Assembly (NCBI GenBank): GCA_963781585.1
Contig: CAWAGQ010000010.1
Span: forward strand, 256,001 to 320,000
DNA from: an uncultured Gemmatimonadaceae bacterium
GTDB taxonomy: Bacteria; Gemmatimonadota; Gemmatimonadetes; Gemmatimonadales; Gemmatimonadaceae
Length of the DNA: 64,000 nt
Direction: 5' to 3'
A model generated the notes under the pieces. The model saw only the letters and a program-made list of their open reading frames with translations. It was not told where the DNA came from and did not search any database. Position numbers and translations under genes: made by a program. This document shows positions 19,381 to 26,924 of the stretch, in pieces. How positions within the stretch are numbered: position 1 is the first letter of the stretch; each line of letters opens with the position of its first letter.

Positions 19381-19779
19381 CGATCAGCGTTCAGCGAATC
19401 AGCGAGCGGCCATCGGTAGCCCGTAATCGCTGGTCGGCGGAGGTGCCCGGCGACGGCGGCGATAGCGTGACGACACCAACCGTCGGTCGGGTTGGGTGAG
19501 TTTGCCAGCCGTGGCGCCATCAGTTCGGGAGCGCCCCATGACGGCGTCCTTCAGGGAGTTTGCACGGGCACCACGTCGCCCCGTCCCGCTCGAGCGGACA
19601 CATGTTACGACATATATCACAACTGCACATGGGTGTCGGTCGTGGCCTGCGCCGTCCACCAGAATGGCGTGGCGATTCGCCTCAGGTCCGGCGATCGCTC
19701 AAGACGCCGCTCTGGTCTTGCGTGGTGAGGTGGTTCACCGGGCTCTGCAGTCGCAACATGGAATCCCGGCGCAGCACAG

Positions 19780-20596
19780 GTGCAGTTCGTCGACAGCGCA
19801 AGCGGTGGGCCGACGCTGGCCGTCTTCTGTGATTCTCCGGAGGCGGAGCGCAGCGTGCGTGCGTCGCTGGGGAGCGCGTGTTCGATGCGGCGTTGCGAGC
19901 AGTGGACCAACGTGGAGCAGTTGGCGCCCGCCGTCGACTGCGTGGTGGTCGTGGTGCCCTCGCTCAAGGACGATGCCGCAAGAGACCACCTCGAGGCGAT
20001 CAGGACTCATGCGCCGGAGACGCCGATCGTGGTGGTGGCGACGCGGGACGTGGAGAGTGCCGGCAATACCTCGACCGGTCCCGCGGACGCAGTGGTCTGG
20101 GTGACGGCGGTTCCCGGAGCAGCTATTCCCGGCGGTGGTCCGGGTCCTCAAGTACTCATACCTGGAGGCCGTTGCCCGCAACGTGCTGCGCGCGGGTTCG
20201 CTCCCGCGGGACGTGCGGCTCGCGATCGCTGCGGCGTGCCGGAGTCGTGCTCCGGTGAACTCCGTGGAGCGGCTGGCGAAGGAGTGCGGATTGCCGGTAC
20301 GGACGCTGTCCGATGTGCGGACGAGATCGGTATCAGGGAGGGTCACGCCGAAGGAGGTGCTGCGATGGATTCGACTCTTGCGAGCCGCGGCGCGAAAAAC
20401 GCCGTGGCGAAGTTGGGAGTCCATCGCGGTGGAGTGCGAGGTGGACGTGGACACGTTGCGGCGTGATGTGACGCAGGTGGCCGGCGTTTCACTCCGTGAC
20501 CTGAGCCTGGGAACGATCGAGGTGCTGCGCGAACGATTCCAGGATACGGTGCTTCGCCTCTTGGGAATTGGGTTCCCTCCGGGAAAAATGCGGTAA
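19780..20596 (+). pseudogene. Receiver-like plus AraC-type HTH regulator split by a +1 frameshift (or an assembly indel)
   Basis: First frame has receiver-like DCVVVVV..TPIVVV..ADAVVWV. After GTT CCC G GAG (about 20110-20119) the +1 frame reads EQLFPAVVRVL..SVERLAKECGLPVRTLS..TPKEVLRWIRLLRA..SWESIAVEC (two HTHs). Confidence 0.7.
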
Positions 20597-20835
20597 ACTC
20601 GCCGTCTTTGCGGTTGCGGAAGGATCGGGAAGCTACGATCGTGGTTCGCGCTTTGACGAGCGGGTGAGATGACGTCAGGTAATGCACGCCGGCGTTGAAC
20701 CGTTGGTGGCGGACATTCAGCGGCGGGAGGCAGGGACGAGCAACGATGGAATGATGTGTAACGCTGCCAGCATGTGGATTGTGCACCCGCTGCACGCAAC
20801 GCTCGACGGCACAACATCAAAAGGAGATAGGGACG

Positions 20836-21051
20836 ATGAGAGGCGTTCTTAGACAAGCCTTGGCAATCTCCACCGTAGTGGGGGCCATTCCGCTTGCAGT
20901 TGCAAGAGCCGACGATCTCTGCTCTCAACATTGTGATCCAAACTTCGTCGCCTGCTGCTACGATAACAACACTCAGGTCTTCTGCTGCACCTATAGCGAA
21001 GCCCAGTGCTGCTTCGCTGATCTCCTTGGCTGTTGGACGGCTGCTTGCTAG
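20836..21051 (+). CDS. Secreted 10-Cys peptide precursor 1 (71 aa)
   Basis: AAGGAG RBS at 20821. MRGVLRQALAISTVVGAIPLAVARA / DDLCSQHCDPNFVACCYDNNTQVFCCTYSEAQCCFADLLGCWTAAC. Two paralogs nearby. Confidence 0.9.
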   Translation: MRGVLRQALAISTVVGAIPLAVARADDLCSQHCDPNFVACCYDNNTQVFCCTYSEAQCCFADLLGCWTAAC

Positions 21052-21123
21052 GACGCCGCGCATTTGCCTTTGCCTCATCAGCGCTGGATGCAAGATGTGC
21101 GATCCATCGGGGGGGTGACAATA

Positions 21124-21339
21124 ATGAAAGCACATTTGCGGGCCATGCTGGCAATTGCCACGATCATGGGTGCCTTGCCGCTCACGGCAGCTGGAGCGGA
21201 CGACGACACGTGCTCGCAGCACTGCGACCCAGGTTATGTGGCATGCTGCCATTCAGGCGAAACCATCTGGTGCTGCTCGTATGCTGAAGCACAGTGTTGC
21301 TACGCGGACCCCGGGAGCTGTCATACGGCCGCCTGCTAG
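21124..21339 (+). CDS. Secreted 10-Cys peptide precursor 2 (71 aa)
   Basis: GGGGGTG RBS-like sequence. MKAHLRAMLAIATIMGALPLTAAGA / DDDTCSQHCDPGYVACCHSGETIWCCSYAEAQCCYADPGSCHTAAC. Confidence 0.9.
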   Translation: MKAHLRAMLAIATIMGALPLTAAGADDDTCSQHCDPGYVACCHSGETIWCCSYAEAQCCYADPGSCHTAAC

Positions 21340-21468
21340 ATCCTACTCGTACCCGAAAAACGGGTCTAACGAGTGGATGCGCGCAAACGACACGTAGCAT
21401 CGGGAAGGTCGCTCGACGGGCGATGTGTTGAATGAGAGCAAGGAGAGCCGATTGGTGGAGGGTCGGGA

Positions 21469-22185
21469 GTGCAATTTTCGCGACTAGGCGAGAAAGTCGT
21501 TACCAGCATTCTGGTCGTGTGCTGTGTAAACGTGACGCTCCTCTCCATACGGCAGCAGTTCTTCCGCTCACCGCCGCCGCCGCCGGGGCGACCGTCCCAG
21601 CCCGCAAGTGGCCGGCCACTCCCCCCAGGGCTGTCGCTTCGGGCCGGCGGACTTCGCCTCGGGCGCGTCGACGCGCCACTCCAGGTTGTCGAATTTGCCG
21701 ACTTCGAATGTCCGTTTTGCGCTGTGGCCGCTGGGGAACTGGAGGAAGTTTGGCGAAAGTACCCTTCGCGCATTTCGGTTGTATTTCGTCACATGCCAAT
21801 CGAGGCGCACCCGCATGCGCGTGACGCGGCACTCGCCGCTGAATGCGCCGGTGATCAAGGAGCCTTTGAGAAGTACTACTTCGCGCTATTCGCCAATTAT
21901 GCGAAACTGAATCGGCGCTCGTGGCGAGACTACGCGAAGCAATCGTCGGTGCCTGATCTCAATCGCTTCGATAGATGCTTGCGCGCGGGTCAATTCCGCG
22001 AGCGTATCGATGCTGACGTTGAGTTGGCCCGCAAGGTGGGCGTCGTGGGGACTCCAACGTGGATCGTGGGCGATTCGGTCTATGGAGGCGTCCCGTCGGT
22101 CGAACAAATAGAGGGCTGGCTCTTCAGCGTCGGTCGGGCCAGCGAGAGGCCGCGGACGGCAGCGGGGGCCGCAGCCTCGAGGTGA
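21469..22185 (+). CDS. Membrane-anchored DsbA-family thiol-disulfide oxidoreductase
   Basis: N-terminal TM and Pro-rich linker. VVEFADFECPFC active site, VFRHMPIEAHPHA, AAECAGDQG and cis-Pro loop GVVGTPT. GGAGG RBS. Confidence 0.92.
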   Translation: MQFSRLGEKVVTSILVVCCVNVTLLSIRQQFFRSPPPPPGRPSQPASGRPLPPGLSLRAGGLRLGRVDAPLQVVEFADFECPFCAVAAGELEEVWRKYPSRISVVFRHMPIEAHPHARDAALAAECAGDQGAFEKYYFALFANYAKLNRRSWRDYAKQSSVPDLNRFDRCLRAGQFRERIDADVELARKVGVVGTPTWIVGDSVYGGVPSVEQIEGWLFSVGRASERPRTAAGAAASR

Positions 22186-22222
22186 GGCACGTCAATCGAC
22201 TCACTACTTCAGGAGGATCTCC

Positions 22223-22438
22223 ATGAATCGAAGCGTACTCCGGCTTGCACTGGCGTTCGCCACTGTTGTCGGTGCCGCGCCCTTGGCGTCTGCGAGGGCC
22301 GACGATGACCTTTGCTCTCAACACTGCGATCCAGGATTCGTGGCGTGCTGCAACAACGGCTTCCAGTGGTGTTGCTCTTACACTCCAGCTCAGTGCTGCT
22401 ATGCCGACGGGATGGGTTGTCACACAGCAGCGTGTTGA
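22223..22438 (+). CDS. Secreted 10-Cys peptide precursor 3 (71 aa)
   Basis: AGGAGGA RBS at 22211. MNRSVLRLALAFATVVGAAPLASARA / DDDLCSQHCDPGFVACCNNGFQWCCSYTPAQCCYADGMGCHTAAC. Confidence 0.92.
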   Translation: MNRSVLRLALAFATVVGAAPLASARADDDLCSQHCDPGFVACCNNGFQWCCSYTPAQCCYADGMGCHTAAC

Positions 22439-22875
22439 CTCCTCGTCGAGGCGCAGCCCGCGAGGCCTGCCGTCCCAAGCGGCCTTTGCGGTCAGTAATT
22501 ATGGGTCTTCGGGGAAATGAGTGGGTGAATTTGATGGCATTTCGTCTTTGAGATGCGGCTCTTCACAGGGGAAATCACGCGTTGCGAAGTGTGGGGAGGG
22601 GTCTCAAGTTCGTGAGCAGTTTTCGACGGCCGCTCCAGTCTTGGGTGCGAAAGCTGACACCGTTCCGGCCTCGGGCCGAGGTGCGCCGGTTCCGCGGGGC
22701 ATCCGTGACCGGTGGCGCACCGCTCGCCGCGCTTTCCCAAGGGGAGAAATGGCAGCCCGCCGTCACACAACTCGTCCTATATTTCACGCGGTCGAGGACC
22801 GTAGGGTCTCTTCGCGGAGCCAGTCTCTTCCCCATCGGCCCTCCGATTCTTGGCAGCGCAAGGCTGCGATCGCGC

Positions 22876-23982
22876 ATGATGATTGCTCCATTCGCGCTCA
22901 GCATGTTGCACCTTTTCAGCTCGGTTGCGCTGGCACAGGCGAGCGCCATCCTCAAGCTCGGAGCGTTGGAGGGTCGACTGGACGCCGAGTTCAGTGGGAT
23001 CACCTCGATCAGGGAGCTCAAGGGCGGCCGAATCCTGATCACCGATGGGCGAGATGGGCGCGTCATGGTGGGCGACTTTGGCAGCGGGGGTGTTAGCCCC
23101 GTAGGGCGCATCGGCCGTGGTCCCGAGGAGTACGACGGCACGACCCTGCTGTTCGCGGTACGCGACGATTCAACGGTGATGTTCGATCTGTCGCGCCGAT
23201 GGATCGTATTTCATGACGAGCGCATCGTGGGTGCGGTTCGCCCTGACGATCCAATCGTTCGAGAGACGCGCGGCTTCATCCATGGCGCAGATTCGCTTGG
23301 TCACGTTCTTGTCAGTCGCAGCCTTGGTGATGCAACAGGGCAGCCCACCGGCTCGACCGACTCCGTGTATGCCATCCTGCTCGAGCGAAGCTCCGCGCGA
23401 GCGGAGACGGTCGCGGTGTTGCGCGCTGTCCCATCCGAGACTCGGACGGTGTCGCAAAACGGTGCTTCGATTACCACAAGAATGTTCAAACCATTCGCAA
23501 CGGGCGAAGCCGTCCACCTTTTTCCCGACGGCTGGATCGCAATCGCGCGACTCGACCCGTACCGTGTGGACTGGCGTTCGCTCGACGGTCGCGTCATACG
23601 TGGGGCGCCGCTTCCCAACGGGCAGCGCGAGCTCGCAGAGGTGGATCGGCGGGCCTTTCGAGAGGCCAACCCTACAAGACCGGGGCGTCCGCCGCTTTTT
23701 GATGTGGCGGATTTTCCGAAGCAGCTTCCGCCCTTCGAGTACCGGGCACCCGGGGATCCGGCCCTGTTCGCAGCGCCTGGTGGACGAGTGGTCGTACGAC
23801 GGACGGTGGCCGGCTCAATACCGACGAATAACTACGACGTCGTTGATCGAGTGCGGGGACTCATCGGCACCTTGGAGCTTCGCAAGCGGGAGCGGGTTGC
23901 GGGGTTCGGAGAAAACTGCATCTACGTCATATCGCGTGACGACAATGATGTCGAACGCATTCGGCGACATCACTGGCCATGA
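22876..23982 (+). CDS. Secreted 6-bladed beta-propeller protein
   Basis: Signal peptide from ATG 22876 ending ALA-Q. FSGITSIREL, GRIGRGPEEY, FPDGWIAIARLDPYRVDW and DDNDVERIRRH. Homologous to 31333-32535. Confidence 0.8.
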   Translation: MMIAPFALSMLHLFSSVALAQASAILKLGALEGRLDAEFSGITSIRELKGGRILITDGRDGRVMVGDFGSGGVSPVGRIGRGPEEYDGTTLLFAVRDDSTVMFDLSRRWIVFHDERIVGAVRPDDPIVRETRGFIHGADSLGHVLVSRSLGDATGQPTGSTDSVYAILLERSSARAETVAVLRAVPSETRTVSQNGASITTRMFKPFATGEAVHLFPDGWIAIARLDPYRVDWRSLDGRVIRGAPLPNGQRELAEVDRRAFREANPTRPGRPPLFDVADFPKQLPPFEYRAPGDPALFAAPGGRVVVRRTVAGSIPTNNYDVVDRVRGLIGTLELRKRERVAGFGENCIYVISRDDNDVERIRRHHWP

Positions 23983-24067
23983 TGGCGCCGCTGATTCGAG
24001 GGCGCCAACTTCACACCTCACTGCCTCCGTAATCCTGCGTTGGCTCTGCGAGGGTGAGTCCCAGAGC

Positions 24068-24083
24068 TAGCTTAGCTAAGCTA
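24068..24083. other. Perfect 16-bp palindrome TAGCTTAGCTAAGCTA
   Basis: Self-complementary, located just before the IS remnant. Confidence 0.8.
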
Positions 24084-24111
24084 ACAGTGGGAGACCCCCC
24101 GGCTCTGCCAG

Positions 24112-24570
24112 GCAGGGGAAGCGTTCGGCTTGGTCAAGTGCAGCGTATCGCGCCGCTTCATCCGGGCGAGTGCGCGCGCGCTCCGACAGCTCCAGGAGCG
24201 GCGGCACGATGATCGCGAATGGCTGGTGCTCGTCCTCGACGGAAAGACCTCCGCCCAGGACCAGCTGGTCGTCGCCTTGGGCGTCACCGCCACGGGGGAG
24301 AAGTGCATCCTGGCGCTCGTGCAGACGGCGACGGAGAACAAGCGGGTGTGTGCGGGCTTCCTGCGGGAGCTGGTCGAGCGGGGCGTGGCCCCAACGGGGT
24401 CGGCTCCTGGTGGTGGTCGACGGCGGGAAGGGCCTCTGCGCCGGCGTGGAGGAGGTGTACGTGGATCGCGCCGACGTGCAGCGTTGTCAGTGGCACAAGC
24501 GGGAGAACGTCGTGAGCTATCTGGCGAAGGGCGCGCAGGCGACGGTGGCGGGGGAAGCTGCAGGCCGGTC
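24112..24570 (+). mobile_element. IS256-family (Mutator) transposase internal fragment, frameshifted
   Basis: EAFGL..SVSRRF, LVLDGK, VVALGV..GEKCIL and TEN in one frame. LLVVVDGGKGL and VQRCQWHKRENV in another. No N- or C-terminus. Confidence 0.85.
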
Positions 24571-24583
24571 CACGCGCACTCTG

Positions 24584-24742
24584 GGCCATAGGCCACAAGC
24601 GTGGCGACGTGCAGCCCACAGGACGGAATCGGACACGCGAAGCTGGGACATCGCAGCCGAAGCGGCTACTGGCCTATGGCCTATGGCCTCCCTATGAACT
24701 CTGGCCCACGGCCCATAGCCTGGGACCAATGGCCTATGGCCG
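24584..24742. repeat. Heptamer GGCCATA/TATGGCC repeats in both orientations (REP-like)
   Basis: GGCCATAGGCC at 24584, GGCCTATGGCCTATGGCC at about 24670-24687, GGCCTATGGCC at about 24731-24741. Confidence 0.7.
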
Positions 24743-24745
24743 GAG

Positions 24746-26809
24746 TTAGCACGACACACATCGGTGGTGATTCGTCGCCCCGAGCTTTTCGAGTAGCGCG
24801 ATCGTCTCGGGGAACGGCCGCACGCGTTGCACGGGTCCGTTGGCCATGTCGACCGTAGTCCTCCCGTTTCTCGCCACCACCTTCGGGTCCGCTCCCTTCG
24901 ACACGAGATACAGGATCATCTCGTTGTCGCCCCGCGCGGCGGCGTGGTGCAGCGGCGTGTAGCCGGTCGGGTCGCGCTCGTTCACGTTCGCGTGGAGCTC
25001 CTCGACCAGGTACTTCATCGCCGGCATCCAGCCGTCGGGTGCGTGACGGTGCGAGTTGCCGGCGAAACCATTGCCGTACCCCACACCCGCTGCGGCGTGA
25101 ATGGGATACACGCCGATCCCGACCGGGGCATTGAGCGCGGCGGAGTCGAGCGGTATCGCGTTGGGATCCGGTCCCCGTCCACCACGACCACGTCCGCCAC
25201 CGCGGCCGCCGCCGGCGGCCCCCGGCGTGCGCTGGGACGGGATGTTCGGATCGGCGCCATACGACACCAGCAGCCGCATCGCGTCCACATCCACCGCGTA
25301 CGCGGCGCGCCAGAACGGAGTCGTCCCCTCGAGATTCTCCAGGCCGCAATTGGAGTTGCCGCAGTTGTTGTACGCGAAATACCACGGGTGGTGTCTGACG
25401 CGCACGTTCGGTTGTGCGCCCGCCTTGAGCAGCGCCGTCATGATGTCCAGGTATGACGTCTTCTGATTCTGGACGGCTTCCGGCTGCGGATAGCGGGACT
25501 TTGGCGCCCACTGGGTGTTGATGGCGGCGTAGAGCGGGGTGACGTTGGCAGTGCTGGCGATGTTCGGATTCGCCCCACGCTCTATGAGGCGCATCGCCAC
25601 ATCGAACTGGCCGTTGATGGCGGCGAGGAGCAACGGCGTGGTGCTGTCCGCGCCACTCACCTCGTTGATGTCGGCGCCGCCGTCGAGTAACGCCAGCACG
25701 GCATCGAGGCTGCCCTGCCTGACGGCGTGGTGGAGCGCCGAAAGCCCTCCCATGTCGCCGACGGTGGAGGCATAGCCGGCGACCTGGCCGTCGGTGGTGT
25801 CTTCTTCCGCTGCCTTCTCACCCGGTTTGGGCGGCGCGAGGAGCACCTTGCGTCCTTCGACGATAGCGTCCTGCACCTGTGCGGACGTGAATGGCCCCTT
25901 GGGTGGAGGCGGGCCGGCCGCTCCGCCGCGCCGTCCGCCCTGATTCGCGACACCGCCGTTGGGGACGCCGGCGGTCGGTGGCTCGGGGGTGGGTGGCGGT
26001 CCCGACGACGCAACGGCGCTCGACGTGGACGCCGTCGACATAGATGCCGCAGTCGCCGCCACCGTGGAGTCCGTCTTTGGCTGCGGTTCGAACGAGCGGA
26101 GGACGTCGTTCCGCCGTCTGGTGGCGGCCGCGTCCTCAACGGCCTGTTCGGGGAGGCTGATGGTCGTGGTGAGCAACGACGGGTCCGCGCCCCGTTTGAG
26201 GAGGACGCCGATAACGCCGGCGCGATCGGCTTCGGCGGCGAAGATCAATGGGGTCTGTCCCCATTCGCGCTCGCGCGCGTTCGGGTCGGCGTGCCGGTCC
26301 AGCAGCGCGTTGACGGCGTCCACGCTCCCGGACGCCGCGGCGAAGTGCAGCGCCGTGGCGCCGCTCGCGGTCGTGGCGGTCGGATTGCTCCCCGCCTTGA
26401 GCAGCGCCCGGACCACCGGTCCGCTTCCAGACTTGCTGGCGATGTGCAGCGGCGTGTAGTTGCCGATGCGGGTCACCGCGCTCGGACGGGCGCCGGCCCG
26501 GATCAATTCGGCTGTCATCGCCGAATCGCCGTGTTCGGCGGCCCAGTGCAGGGCGGTCATGCCGTCGCCCTCGGCGAGGTTGACGTCCGCACCCTGCGCG
26601 ATGAGTCGTTTCACCTGGGAGAGGTCGCGCCACATCGCGGCGTCGGCGACGACCGACGGCGCACGGCTGGTGCGGACGTCGCGTCGGGCGGCCGCATCCC
26701 CGGTGCCGGCGCTCTGCGCGGCGAGGAGGCTCGGCGCCGCGATCATCATCGACACCCGGACGGCGGCGCCAAATGGAAGGTGTCGGACTGGTCGCCGGCT
26801 CGCGCTCAT
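24746..26809 (-). CDS. Secreted ankyrin repeat protein
   Basis: Multiple GxTALHxAA/TPLxxAA repeats, signal peptide, C-terminal HHRCVSC. Confidence 0.9.
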   Translation of the reverse strand: MSASRRPVRHLPFGAAVRVSMMIAAPSLLAAQSAGTGDAAARRDVRTSRAPSVVADAAMWRDLSQVKRLIAQGADVNLAEGDGMTALHWAAEHGDSAMTAELIRAGARPSAVTRIGNYTPLHIASKSGSGPVVRALLKAGSNPTATTASGATALHFAAASGSVDAVNALLDRHADPNAREREWGQTPLIFAAEADRAGVIGVLLKRGADPSLLTTTISLPEQAVEDAAATRRRNDVLRSFEPQPKTDSTVAATAASMSTASTSSAVASSGPPPTPEPPTAGVPNGGVANQGGRRGGAAGPPPPKGPFTSAQVQDAIVEGRKVLLAPPKPGEKAAEEDTTDGQVAGYASTVGDMGGLSALHHAVRQGSLDAVLALLDGGADINEVSGADSTTPLLLAAINGQFDVAMRLIERGANPNIASTANVTPLYAAINTQWAPKSRYPQPEAVQNQKTSYLDIMTALLKAGAQPNVRVRHHPWYFAYNNCGNSNCGLENLEGTTPFWRAAYAVDVDAMRLLVSYGADPNIPSQRTPGAAGGGRGGGRGRGGRGPDPNAIPLDSAALNAPVGIGVYPIHAAAGVGYGNGFAGNSHRHAPDGWMPAMKYLVEELHANVNERDPTGYTPLHHAAARGDNEMILYLVSKGADPKVVARNGRTTVDMANGPVQRVRPFPETIALLEKLGATNHHRCVSC

Positions 26810-26924
26810 GCGTTGGTCCTCATGACGTGGGGCTTCACCGGTTCAATAGCGGCGCGGTGTATGCCGGCGCCGAGGTTCTGTCGTCCGCACCACCCGCTGC
26901 ATGCCGAGTGAAATCCGCGCCGCC

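Larger units (their letters stand above)
18417..24583. mobile_element. Putative accessory island
   Basis: Visibly lower GC and atypical codon use, GGCCATAGGCC at 18406-18416 and 24584-24594, IS256 remnant at the right end. No integrase seen. Confidence 0.5.

Noticed and set aside
19735..21252. 505-aa minus-strand ORF
   Set aside because: Antisense shadow of the regulator and peptide genes, with no recognisable domain.
20836..22438. Peptides as ranthipeptide, sactipeptide or lanthipeptide precursors
   Set aside because: No radical SAM, LanM/LanBC or peptidase-ABC gene in the window. The leaders are hydrophobic Sec-type signals and the neighbouring enzyme is DsbA.
20836..22438. Peptides as metallothioneins
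   Set aside because: Signal peptides, aromatic residues, an even Cys count and a linked DsbA favour disulfides. Metal binding is not fully excluded.
22582..22875. 98-aa N-terminal extension of the island propeller
   Set aside because: The signal peptide begins at ATG 22876 and the upstream translation is not protein-like.
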